Shown: in pieces, positions 20,603 through 29,438 of the stretch
How positions within the stretch are numbered: the stretch's first letter is position 1
Layout: the number at the start of each line of letters is the position of its first letter
From: an uncultured Pseudomonadota bacterium
Lineage (GTDB): Bacteria > Babelota > Babeliae > Babelales > CAIQNR01
Direction: 5' to 3'
NCBI GenBank assembly: GCA_964570505.1
Contig: CAZMYL010000002.1
Span: 118,608 to 182,607 of the forward strand
Length of the DNA: 64,000 nucleotides
Program-made: the position numbers and the translations under genes
The notes under the pieces: model-generated
Database searches by the model: none
What the model was told of the DNA's origin: nothing
The model's input: the letters and a program-made list of their open reading frames with translations, nothing else

Positions 20603-23196
20603 TTTTTTAACCCTGTTTTTACTGCATTTCCAAGATTTTGTGTTATGCGAGGTCCTCCACCTTGAATTGTTCCTTTTTTTCCACCGCCACGAAGTCCAGC
20701 AGTTGTTTGAAGCCAATTATTGAGAGTTTTTAAATCAATGGCAGATTCATATTCTGGAGCAATAGATATAAAAAATATACTAGAGCTTTCACTGATATTG
20801 CTCACTATCATATAAAAGCCAGGCTTAATTTTTTGCAAAAATTCAATTGCATCTTTAAGATCTTCATTTGTTGCTCCATCCATTTGTTTATAGAAAAAAG
20901 GAATGTTATTGATTATTTCAATCTCATTTTTCCATGTTTGCACATGATACATAAGAAGTTCTTTTTTAAGATTTTTAATAGTTGATTGTGCGGAGTGTAA
21001 TTGTTCTGTTTGTTTAAGAACTGTCTGCAAAACTTCTTGAGGTTTTACTTTAAATTCTTGGCTTAATGTTTTTATAGTATTGAAATTTTCTTGCATTAAC
21101 TCAAGCGCTTTTGGACCTGTAACTGCAAAAATTCTACGATTTCCTGCAGAAAGTGCTCCAATATCAGTAATTTTAAAAGCACCAATAACTCCTGTTGAAG
21201 GAACATGTGTTCCTCCGCAAAGTTCTGCAGAAAAACCTGGCACGTCCACAACACGAACATTTTCTGGATTGTATTTTTCACCAAAAATAGCAATTACACC
21301 TTTTTCAAGAGCTTCTTTATATGATGTTTCAAATATGCTGAGTGGAATATCTGCACGAATAATTTCATTAACGCGATTTTCTATATGAGTGATTTCATCA
21401 ATAGTAAGATTTTTATGATAGGTAAAATCAAATCGCAAATAATCAGGATCGACAACAGACCCCGATTGCTTTATTTGTTTTCCATGAAGTTCAATAAGGG
21501 CGGCTTGCAATAAATGTGTTGCAGTATGATTGTTCATAGTCATTTTGCGAATAGGTTCATTTACTTGTTGAGTTACAGTTTCTCCTATAGCAATATTTAT
21601 TGGTGCTATAATTTTTACAGCAATAGCTTTACCTATTTTTTTAAGTCCATGAATTGCAACTTGTTCATCTTTTATGAAAAACCAGCCTTGGTCATCAACT
21701 TGACCGCCAGTGCTAGGAAAGAAGGGTGTTTCTTTAGTTATAAGCCAACATTCTTCGTTTTCTTGAACGCTTTCTTTAAGTTCATCATTTACAATAATTG
21801 CAATAATTGTTGATTCTTGAATTATGTGAGTATATCCAATAAATTTTGTTTCTATATTTTCTGGTAGTTGTACTGTCTGTGTATGCTCTTTCATTTTTTT
21901 TCCAGAAAGCGCTCTTTGTTCTTCCATGTAAGTATGAAAGCCTTGAATATCAACACCATATCCATGATCTTGCGCTGCAAGAATAGTAACTTCAAGAGGA
22001 AAGCCATAGGTGTCGTAGAGTTTAAATGCTTGTTGTCCGGTGATAATTTTTGTATTGGCTTGTTCTATAAGATAGTTTTCTAAAATGACTTGGCCTTTGA
22101 TGAGATTATTTGAAAATTGTTCAATTTCATTAGTTAAAAGGCTAACAATAATTGCTTCGTTTACTCCAAGTTCAGGATATATTGGACTCATATCTTTAAT
22201 AAATGCACGTGCAACTTCTGGAAAAATGTTCTTATCGGAAAGTTTTTGCGCAAAAAGAGCTGCTCTTCTAATAATTTTTCTTAGTACATAGCCACGTCCT
22301 TCATTAGAAGGAGATCCTCCATCTGCAATAATAAGAGATGCAGAGCGAGCATGATCAGCAAGCACATTACATGCAGATTTTATAGAAGGAGTAGCTGTTT
22401 TATAGGTGATGCCTGTTAATTTTTCTATAGCGACAAAAATATCACTAAAAAGATCTGTTTCGTATACGTTGTCAACATTTTGTAGTATGCAAGTGATACG
22501 CTCAAGGCCCATTCCGGTATCAACACCTGTTTGTTTTAAAGGTACAAGTGTGCCATCTGTTTGACGATCATATTGCATAAAGACAGTATTCCATACTTCA
22601 AGCAAAGACCCGTCATCAAAATCTTTTTGAGTAGGAGGAGTCATTCTTTCAGATTGAGGTCGTGTGTCTACAAAAATCTCTGTACATGGACCACATGGAC
22701 CAGTATCTCCCATTTGCCAAAAATTATCTTTTTTACCAAAACGATAAATACGTTCTTTTGGTATTTTTACTGATTTTTCCCAAATTTCAAAAGCTTCATC
22801 ATCTTCTTCATAAACAGAAACATAAAGCTCATTTTTATCTATCCCTAAATCTTGTGTTAAAAAATTCCATGCAAAAGGAATTGCTTCTTTTTTAAAATAA
22901 TCTCCAAAGGAGAAGTTTCCCATCATTTCAAAAAAAGTAAGATGGCGTTTAGTAAATCCTACATTATCAAGGTCATTATGCTTGCCACCCGCGCGTACGC
23001 ATTTTTGAATGGTGACAGCTTTATTGTAAGAACGTTTTTCTTCGCCCAAGAAGCAATCTTTAAATTGATTCATACCTGCATTGGTAAACAGCAATGTTGG
23101 GTCTTGTGCTGGAATTAAAGAAGAACTTGCCACTATTTGATGATTCAATGCACTAAAGTAGTCAAAAAATTTTTTACGAATATCGAGTGATTTCAT
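20599..23196 (-). CDS. alaS: alanine--tRNA ligase
   Basis: MKSLDIRKKFFDYF start, FTNAGMNQFK, the editing-domain HTATHLL motif, and a C-terminal GGG tail. The start is set at the Met at 23196. Confidence 0.97.
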   Translation of the reverse strand: MKSLDIRKKFFDYFSALNHQIVASSSLIPAQDPTLLFTNAGMNQFKDCFLGEEKRSYNKAVTIQKCVRAGGKHNDLDNVGFTKRHLTFFEMMGNFSFGDYFKKEAIPFAWNFLTQDLGIDKNELYVSVYEEDDEAFEIWEKSVKIPKERIYRFGKKDNFWQMGDTGPCGPCTEIFVDTRPQSERMTPPTQKDFDDGSLLEVWNTVFMQYDRQTDGTLVPLKQTGVDTGMGLERITCILQNVDNVYETDLFSDIFVAIEKLTGITYKTATPSIKSACNVLADHARSASLIIADGGSPSNEGRGYVLRKIIRRAALFAQKLSDKNIFPEVARAFIKDMSPIYPELGVNEAIIVSLLTNEIEQFSNNLIKGQVILENYLIEQANTKIITGQQAFKLYDTYGFPLEVTILAAQDHGYGVDIQGFHTYMEEQRALSGKKMKEHTQTVQLPENIETKFIGYTHIIQESTIIAIIVNDELKESVQENEECWLITKETPFFPSTGGQVDDQGWFFIKDEQVAIHGLKKIGKAIAVKIIAPINIAIGETVTQQVNEPIRKMTMNNHTATHLLQAALIELHGKQIKQSGSVVDPDYLRFDFTYHKNLTIDEITHIENRVNEIIRADIPLSIFETSYKEALEKGVIAIFGEKYNPENVRVVDVPGFSAELCGGTHVPSTGVIGAFKITDIGALSAGNRRIFAVTGPKALELMQENFNTIKTLSQEFKVKPQEVLQTVLKQTEQLHSAQSTIKNLKKELLMYHVQTWKNEIEIINNIPFFYKQMDGATNEDLKDAIEFLQKIKPGFYMIVSNISESSSIFFISIAPEYESAIDLKTLNNWLQTTAGLRGGGKKGTIQGGGPRITQNLGNAVKTGLKK

Positions 23197-23282
23197 GTTT
23201 TTCCGATCGTTTTTCATAGAAAAATAACTTAAAATACATGATATCATAAGTGATTTATATTGAAAATAAGCAACAAATATGA

Positions 23283-24125
23283 TCAATAAATATCTTCTGC
23301 TAAGTTATCGATAGTTATGCTTAAAAGAACCAAAAGAGCGCTTATTGAAGAAATTAAAAGGATGTTTACAGGGTCAATTTTTGAAATAAGAGATCGCGAT
23401 TTCTTTAAATAAGTAGAAAGAGGTTGATGAGATTCAGATAATTCTTTAAATCCATGAATATTTTTAATATTTATGATAGTTTGCTCTAGGTTGCTTATTC
23501 GGTTGTTAATTTCTGTTGTATTTGTTTTTTTTGTAGCATTAGAAAATGTGCTTGTTTTGTTAAGAGCTTGCGCAAAAGTTAATGCAACAGCTTCTTTTTT
23601 TAAAAGTAAGATTTTAGAATTTAATTGTTCATTCTTATTTTTATTGAGAGGTAATTCAATTGAAATAGTGAGCGAATTCCGTGGAAAATTTAGTGTATTG
23701 TTTCTGCCATTAAAAAAGATATTTCGTGCGTCTGTAAGGGTTGTTTCAAAGCTTTTTATATCACTTTTATTTTGCTGCACTAGCGTTGTAATACTTTGTA
23801 ATTCATGAACCATTTTTTCTGTTTTTGAAAGCATTAATTTAAAATGAGTATCATTTTTAGATTGTTCAAAAGAATTTTTTGCACTTCTTGCTTCATTAAT
23901 TGATTTTTTTAGAAAATTATGACTTGTAGTAAAGTCTCTTTTTTTTAAATTAGTGCTCACTGGATGTTCTTCTTTTACACGAGCTCTTTGTGCTGTATTA
24001 AATCTTTGAATTTGATTTTGTTCTAATGCTTGCATGTCTTGAGGTTTTTTTCTAAAAAAACGAGATCCATGACATAAATAAATTGATGCACATGTCAAAA
24101 TAATTAATATTTTATTTTTTTTCAT
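23283..24125 (-). CDS. hypothetical secreted/membrane-anchored protein
   Basis: Signal peptide MKKNKILIILTCASIYLC from ATG 24125, a helical Asn/Lys-rich body, and a C-terminal hydrophobic helix VNILLISSISALLVLLSITI. Confidence 0.55.
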   Translation of the reverse strand: MKKNKILIILTCASIYLCHGSRFFRKKPQDMQALEQNQIQRFNTAQRARVKEEHPVSTNLKKRDFTTSHNFLKKSINEARSAKNSFEQSKNDTHFKLMLSKTEKMVHELQSITTLVQQNKSDIKSFETTLTDARNIFFNGRNNTLNFPRNSLTISIELPLNKNKNEQLNSKILLLKKEAVALTFAQALNKTSTFSNATKKTNTTEINNRISNLEQTIINIKNIHGFKELSESHQPLSTYLKKSRSLISKIDPVNILLISSISALLVLLSITIDNLAEDIY

Positions 24126-24136
24126 GGATATACCTT

Positions 24137-25156
24137 TTATAATTCGTAATTTTTTATATATTCTGTTCCGCTCCATAATTGAGTAGGTTTTCCAAGGTAT
24201 TGCTCAAGCACATCTTGTTGTGTAAACCAATGGGCAGATCCGTAGACTATAATAATATTATTATAGTTTTTAATGCTGGTAAGAAGCTTGTTAAGAATGC
24301 AGCAGTCTCTGGCTATCATGCTAATAATAAAAGCATGATTCATTTGTTCTGGGGTGTAAGAAATTGATTTTTTAATAGATATATTTTTAAAGTCCTTTCC
24401 TGCATGGCGTAATGTGCGTGATGAAATAGTTGTATTTTCAGGATTATATTTTATCCCAAAAACACCAAGTATTTTTGCTGTATTTTTTCTTATTGATTGA
24501 ATGGTTTGGCTTGACCCACTATTTCCAGCTCCATATCCACTTTGAGTTGCCCATTTTGCACAAGCAATTATATCTTGCTTGGAAAGTCCTGTTGCTGTTA
24601 AATCAGCAAAATATTCTTTAATATTTTGCTCTCCATTTATTAATGGAACTTTTTTTGATTTTAATGTTTTTTCTAGAAAATATGACTCATCCAATTTGTT
24701 TTTTGGAGCAATAATTTTTTGAAGTATGGTTGTTTTTGCACCGGGTTCATAATTATTTTTGCTATTTAGGACAAGCCATCGTTGAAGGTTTAAAGTATTT
24801 CCAAGTGATGGCCATTCACCAATTGCAAGATCAAAATTATTATTTTTAATAATATGACTAAGAACTTTTATTGTTTGTTTATCATTATGATGTGAGCCTA
24901 TATATGTTACTTTTTTATCAATCCCATCGATGCTTTTAAATCGATAAATAGCAATTACAGGCCAGGATCCTGGATGTTTTTTAAAAAAAATATTTATAGA
25001 AGAGTTTATATCAGTATCAAGATATAATTTTGAAAGATCAAATTGATTATAGCGATTAATAAGTATATTTTTTGCTTCTTGCATGTTTATTTTTTGAATA
25101 TTTTTAGGAGTAGCTATAAGTGCTGTTGTTAAAAGCAATAATAGTTTTTTTTTCAT
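24137..25156 (-). CDS. secreted protein, possible TraB/GumN (TIKI-like) fold
   Basis: Signal peptide MKKKLLLLLTTALIA. YIGSHHND, AIGEWPS and IIIVYGSAHW resemble the GxxH / E / GxxH blocks of the TraB/GumN family. The assignment is tentative. Confidence 0.5.
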   Translation of the reverse strand: MKKKLLLLLTTALIATPKNIQKINMQEAKNILINRYNQFDLSKLYLDTDINSSINIFFKKHPGSWPVIAIYRFKSIDGIDKKVTYIGSHHNDKQTIKVLSHIIKNNNFDLAIGEWPSLGNTLNLQRWLVLNSKNNYEPGAKTTILQKIIAPKNKLDESYFLEKTLKSKKVPLINGEQNIKEYFADLTATGLSKQDIIACAKWATQSGYGAGNSGSSQTIQSIRKNTAKILGVFGIKYNPENTTISSRTLRHAGKDFKNISIKKSISYTPEQMNHAFIISMIARDCCILNKLLTSIKNYNNIIIVYGSAHWFTQQDVLEQYLGKPTQLWSGTEYIKNYEL

Positions 25157-25316
25157 AAGATCCTATACATTTAATTTTATTAAAATTATTTTAAAATATT
25201 CAAATAGTCAAATGCAATTAAAATTGTTTCATTTTATTTTTTATTTGACATCTATCCTTTGGTTATAATTTTTTGATATATTAATAATTATATTTTTAAA
25301 ATTAATGAGGATTTGT

Positions 25317-25865
25317 ATGAAAAGTAAAAAATGGTTTGTAGTAATTAATGGTTTGTTATTATTTTTTTATTCTAGTGCGGCTAGAATTAACCAAACACCG
25401 CCATCGATAGTACCAAGGCCAAAGCAAACACCACCATCGATAGTACCAAGGCCAAAGCAAACACCACCTCCGATAGCTCCAAAGCCAAAACCAATACCAC
25501 CTCCGATAACACCAAGGCCACAACCATCTTCGTTGTCGTCAAAATCTGAAGTTGTAAATGAAATAGGATCACTACCAATACCAACAAGACCAACGCCGTC
25601 GCCAAGAAGCATTTCTTCTTTGGAAGTAAATTTACAAAAATATCAATCTGGACTTAATCACTACCTTGAAGTTAAAAAAATATGGATGAATGATTTAAAA
25701 GTATTTGAAAACTCACCAATGTTTAAGAATGGAAAAAATAAAGAAAAAATTGATGCGAAAATGCTAGAATTTTACAATGAAGGCAAGAAAATTAATTCTG
25801 AAATAAATCAATTTAAGGATAAAATAACTAAATTAGAATCGCAAATTAAATTATTGAAGAAGTAG
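25317..25865 (+). CDS. secreted proline-rich tandem-repeat protein with C-terminal coiled coil
   Basis: GAGGA then ATG 25317. Signal peptide MKSKKWFVVINGLLLFFYSSAA. Four 11-aa units (QTPPSIVPRPK x2, QTPPPIAPKPK, PIPPPITPRPQ), then a Lys/Glu-rich helical tail. Confidence 0.75.
   Translation: MKSKKWFVVINGLLLFFYSSAARINQTPPSIVPRPKQTPPSIVPRPKQTPPPIAPKPKPIPPPITPRPQPSSLSSKSEVVNEIGSLPIPTRPTPSPRSISSLEVNLQKYQSGLNHYLEVKKIWMNDLKVFENSPMFKNGKNKEKIDAKMLEFYNEGKKINSEINQFKDKITKLESQIKLLKK
25392..25523 (+). repeat. 4 x 33-bp tandem coding repeat
   Basis: Units 25392-25424 and 25425-25457 differ at 1 of 33 nt. Units 3 and 4 are progressively diverged. Confidence 0.9.
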
Positions 25866-25982
25866 GCTTTTATTATTAAAAGCTTTAGTGCATTATTTGC
25901 AACTGCTTATCATATGGAATATGATTTCATGAAATTCTTTAAAAAAAGGTTTCTATGAAAAACAATAAGCATTTGCCTGTTT

Positions 25983-26216
25983 ATGATTTTTGCAGTTAAT
26001 GCATCAGAAAAACTAGATGAAAGCATAATGCAAGTAATTTCTTCGCGTCAAAGTTCTCAATCATTTTTTTCAAAAGTTTCTCAAAAAGAAATTGAATGCT
26101 CAAGGGCTGCATTGCGGGATTCTTTTTTACGAGGAGAAATTTCAGAAGCCTTATTTGTAATAAAACTTAAAGCTTTAGAAAATTTTAACAAAAAATTATC
26201 TAAAACAGGGAAGTAA
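25983..26216 (+). CDS. small hypothetical protein; likely signal peptide disrupted by an upstream frameshift
   Basis: 77-aa ORF. An RBS-associated ATG at 25955 is in another frame. See the finding on the A5 run. Confidence 0.4.
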   Translation: MIFAVNASEKLDESIMQVISSRQSSQSFFSKVSQKEIECSRAALRDSFLRGEISEALFVIKLKALENFNKKLSKTGK

Positions 26217-26705
26217 TTTTTTATAAAGCAGGTTAAGATCACTAGAAATAGTTTTCACTTGTCCTATTGTTGGTAAAAAATTAGTGTCTCCAATCCAGCG
26301 AGGTAAAAGGTGCCAGTGCAGGTGTGACGGAATTCCGGCTCCTGCTGCTTTTCCCATGTTAAGACCAATGTTAAGGCCTTGACATTCAAGTTCACTTTGT
26401 AAAATTTCTGTTGTTTTATTGAGAGTTTCCATTATTTCTATACGTGTTTTTTCTTCAAGCTCAGGCAATGTTTTTTTATGGGCATATGGTATTACTAAAA
26501 GATGTCCAGGATTATACGGATAGCGATTTAAAATAACATAGCAATGCTTATATCTCTTGAGAATAAATGATTGTTCATCTGTTGTTATGTCTTTTTGTAG
26601 TGAGCAAAAAACACAAATATCTTCTGTTGCGTTTTCTTGTCCTTTTTCTCCTTGAGCTGTATCTGTTGTGTAATTTTCTCGCCATGGTGCATAAAGTATG
26701 TCCAT
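26196..26705 (-). CDS. HIT-family nucleotide hydrolase/transferase
   Basis: Histidine triad HLHWHLLPR, plus NRYPYNPGHLLVIP. Confidence 0.9.
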   Translation of the reverse strand: MDILYAPWRENYTTDTAQGEKGQENATEDICVFCSLQKDITTDEQSFILKRYKHCYVILNRYPYNPGHLLVIPYAHKKTLPELEEKTRIEIMETLNKTTEILQSELECQGLNIGLNMGKAAGAGIPSHLHWHLLPRWIGDTNFLPTIGQVKTISSDLNLLYKKLLPCFR

Positions 26706-26803
26706 ATTATTCTCCGTATAATGTAAATGCTTATAATTTACTATAAAAACTAGTTTACTTTTTTTGATTTGATATTTAAACGTTTATTCTTGTCTTGCTA
26801 ACA

Positions 26804-26817
26804 ATCAGATATCTGAT
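26804..26817. promoter_or_regulatory. perfect 14-bp palindrome upstream of the glycan locus (candidate operator)
   Basis: ATCAGATATCTGAT, about 65 nt upstream of the wecB ATG and immediately downstream of a TTGCTA hexamer (26795-26800). Confidence 0.25.
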
Positions 26818-26883
26818 ATTGTATTTTCATAAAATAAAAAATAGGTAGTGTAAGAAACTCAAAAAAGCAAGGAGTTTGTGTGT

Positions 26884-28071
26884 ATGCGCCCAGTTATGGT
26901 AGTTGTAGGCACAAGGCCAGAAGGCATTAAAATGATGCCGCTTTATTTTGCACTAAAACAAGCAAATATTCCTACTATTTTATGCGCTACATCGCAACAC
27001 AGCACACTACTTTCAGACATTTTTTCTGTTTTTGGTGTTAGTCCCGATCTTGATTTAAAAATAATGAAACATAATCAAGATTTATTTCATGTAACAACTA
27101 CTGTTTTACATGAGATGCAAAATATTTATAAAAATTATCAACCTTCACTTGTCTGTGTTCAAGGAGACACTACAACAGTAATGGCTGCTGGAATGGCTGC
27201 TTTTTATAGCCGTATTCCTGTTGCTCATATAGAAGCAGGATTGCGTACTGGAGACTTTGATTCTCCTTATCCAGAAGAGTTTAATAGAACATCTCTTGGT
27301 CTTATAACTACCTATCATTTTGCACCTACAGCACAGGCTGTAGGAAATTTATTAGGTGAAGGCAAAAAAAGAGAAAATGTGTTTTATGTAGGTAATACGG
27401 TAGTTGATGCATTAAGAATTATTGAAAATAAAATTATTAATAAAGAATTAATAATTGACTGTTTAATAGAAAATTTTTTTAAAAATGCTCATGAATATGG
27501 TCATAATACATTATTATTTACTATGCATAGAAGAGAGTCTTTTGGGTATGGGCTTTATGTTATCCTTCAAGCTCTTAAAGATTTTGCTTTAACTCATCCC
27601 AATGTTGTTATTTTATACCCTTATCATCCAAATCCAGATGTACTTGAAATTATTAAAAAAATTAATCTTTCTTCTGTTGTAAATATTATTTTAGTAGAAC
27701 CTCTTTCATATAAAGATTTAGCGTATGTTTTATTAAATATTGATATTGTTGCAACAGATTCAGGCGGTATTCAAGAAGAGGCAGTAAGTCTAGGAAAGCA
27801 CGTTCTGGTTTTAAGAGAAAAGAGTGAAAGAATGGAAGGTGTATGGGAAGGCCTGGCTAGTATTATTGGATTTAATGCTGAAAAATTTACTGTAGAGCTT
27901 GAAAAAATTTTAAATAATCTTTCATTAGTTTTTGTAAGAAAAAATATTTATGGCGATGGTTTTGCTTCTGAAAAAATTGTAAAAATTATTCAAAATCGAT
28001 GTATGGATTTTCAAGAAGATTCTTCATCGTTAATGAACAATGTACGTCATGTACATGAGGAGATGCGATAA
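26884..28071 (+). CDS. wecB: UDP-N-acetylglucosamine 2-epimerase (non-hydrolysing)
   Basis: VVVGTRPEGIKM and HIEAGLRTGD. AAGGAG lies 9 nt before ATG 26884. Confidence 0.92.
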   Translation: MRPVMVVVGTRPEGIKMMPLYFALKQANIPTILCATSQHSTLLSDIFSVFGVSPDLDLKIMKHNQDLFHVTTTVLHEMQNIYKNYQPSLVCVQGDTTTVMAAGMAAFYSRIPVAHIEAGLRTGDFDSPYPEEFNRTSLGLITTYHFAPTAQAVGNLLGEGKKRENVFYVGNTVVDALRIIENKIINKELIIDCLIENFFKNAHEYGHNTLLFTMHRRESFGYGLYVILQALKDFALTHPNVVILYPYHPNPDVLEIIKKINLSSVVNIILVEPLSYKDLAYVLLNIDIVATDSGGIQEEAVSLGKHVLVLREKSERMEGVWEGLASIIGFNAEKFTVELEKILNNLSLVFVRKNIYGDGFASEKIVKIIQNRCMDFQEDSSSLMNNVRHVHEEMR

Positions 28072-29438
28072 TGAAAAAAGTATGTGTAGTAGGAATGGGG
28101 TATATAGGTCTTCCTACTGCTATTTTAGCAGCCCAATCAGGATTTATGGTTATAGGTGTTGATATTGATATAAAAAAAATTCAAAGTATTAATGCTATGA
28201 AAACACCTATAGAAGAGCCAGGAGTAGAAAAAAGATTAGCAATTGTTGTTTCAAGCGGTCATTTAAAAGCGCAAATGCAATATGAGTCGTCAGATTATTA
28301 CATTATTGCTGTACCAACTCCCTTCACCGAAGATAAGAAAGCAGATGTATCGCATGTCTTTGATGCAGCTCGTTCTATTGCAACAGTTCTTAAAAAAGGC
28401 GATACAGTTATTGTAGAATCTACTGTTCCTGTAAAAACAACAAAATTAGTAGCGGATTTTTTTGCTAAAGAAACAGGACTTCAAATAGGTACAGATTTTT
28501 TTGTAGCACATTGCCCAGAACGTGTCCTTCCTGGAAATATTTTTCATGAGCTTCAGGTTAATGATCGAGTTATTGGAGGTATTGATCGAGGCTCTGCTCA
28601 TCATGTTGCTACATTTTATAAAAATTTTGTTAGCGGTGATTTATATCTTACCACAGCAGAAGCCGCAGAGATGATAAAACTTATAGAAAATTCTTATCGA
28701 GATATTAATATTGCAATATCTCATCAAGTAGCATCTATGGCACAGGAAATAGGCCTTGACCCTTATGAAATTATTGAGCTTGCAAATAAGCATCCTAGAG
28801 TTCAATTACTTAAACCAACATGTGGTGTTGGAGGGCATTGTTTAGCTGTAGATCCTTGGTTTTTAATTGAGTCATTCCCTAAACACACTGAGCTTTTAAA
28901 AGCTGCGCGAAATGTTAATGATTCAAGGCCTTTTGAACTTGTAAGTCAGATTGAAAAAAAAGTTAAAACTTGGAAAAGTGTTCACCAAAAAGATTCATGC
29001 TCTGTTCTTGTCCTTGGTCTTACGTATAAAGCTAATGTTGATGATATTCGTGAGTCACCAGCCCTTACAATTGCAAAAGAATTAGTAAGTAAAAAAGATT
29101 TTGATCTTTTGATATGTGATCCTCATGTTGAGGCGCATCGAATTGATACTATTCTTGCAAATTGTAAGGTGTCGCTTTCTGAAGGCATTGAAAAAGCTGA
29201 CATTATAGTATCTCTTGTTGGGCATGATGAATTTAAATCAATTGATAAAAAAATTATTACTCATAAAAAAGTATTAGATTTTTCTGGAGTTTTTCATTTA
29301 AGCAGAAAGCATTCCTGCAATCAGGAACAATTTTTTTGGCCTGCTGAATCGTTAAACTCATCGTCTTTAGATGAAGAAATTACGGCTTATAAATTACAAG
29401 AATTTGGAGTATCGCGAGATAGAGGTAGACTTGAATGA
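28071..29438 (+). CDS. wecC: UDP-N-acetyl-D-mannosamine dehydrogenase (UDP-sugar 6-dehydrogenase family)
   Basis: KVCVVGMGYIGLPTA Rossmann motif and a catalytic-Cys region GVGGHCL. The start overlaps the wecB stop by 1 nt. Confidence 0.9.
   Translation: MKKVCVVGMGYIGLPTAILAAQSGFMVIGVDIDIKKIQSINAMKTPIEEPGVEKRLAIVVSSGHLKAQMQYESSDYYIIAVPTPFTEDKKADVSHVFDAARSIATVLKKGDTVIVESTVPVKTTKLVADFFAKETGLQIGTDFFVAHCPERVLPGNIFHELQVNDRVIGGIDRGSAHHVATFYKNFVSGDLYLTTAEAAEMIKLIENSYRDINIAISHQVASMAQEIGLDPYEIIELANKHPRVQLLKPTCGVGGHCLAVDPWFLIESFPKHTELLKAARNVNDSRPFELVSQIEKKVKTWKSVHQKDSCSVLVLGLTYKANVDDIRESPALTIAKELVSKKDFDLLICDPHVEAHRIDTILANCKVSLSEGIEKADIIVSLVGHDEFKSIDKKIITHKKVLDFSGVFHLSRKHSCNQEQFFWPAESLNSSSLDEEITAYKLQEFGVSRDRGRLE

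Noticed and set aside
20520-22895. Many 60-110-aa plus-strand ORFs inside alaS (20520, 21080, 21514, 21868, 22085, 22561, 22662), plus the minus-strand ORF 21096-21293 in another frame
   Set aside because: They lie entirely within, and mostly antisense to, a strongly supported alaS reading frame. Their low-complexity Phe/Leu/Ile/Lys-rich translations are typical of off-frame readings of AT-rich coding DNA.
25245-25269. Perfect TTGACA and TATAAT hexamers upstream of the proline-rich gene
   Set aside because: The spacer is only 13 nt (25251-25263), far from the 16-18 nt needed for sigma70 recognition. It is not called as a promoter.
25392-25523. Possible CRISPR-like array from the 33-bp direct repeats
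   Set aside because: The repeats are contiguous with no spacers, are in frame inside a CDS, and diverge progressively. No cas genes are present.
25367-25612. Two Gly/Val-rich antisense ORFs opposite the proline-rich repeat
   Set aside because: They are the reverse-complement reading of the CCN-rich repeat (Pro codons read as Gly). The plus-strand gene has the RBS, signal peptide and coiled-coil tail.
25955-25960. TGA read as Trp (code 4) to explain the A-TGA-AAA overlap at the small ORF start
   Set aside because: TGA clearly terminates atpD (with atpC starting at the ATGA overlap), alaS, atpC and the GT4. Code 11 fits all well-supported genes.
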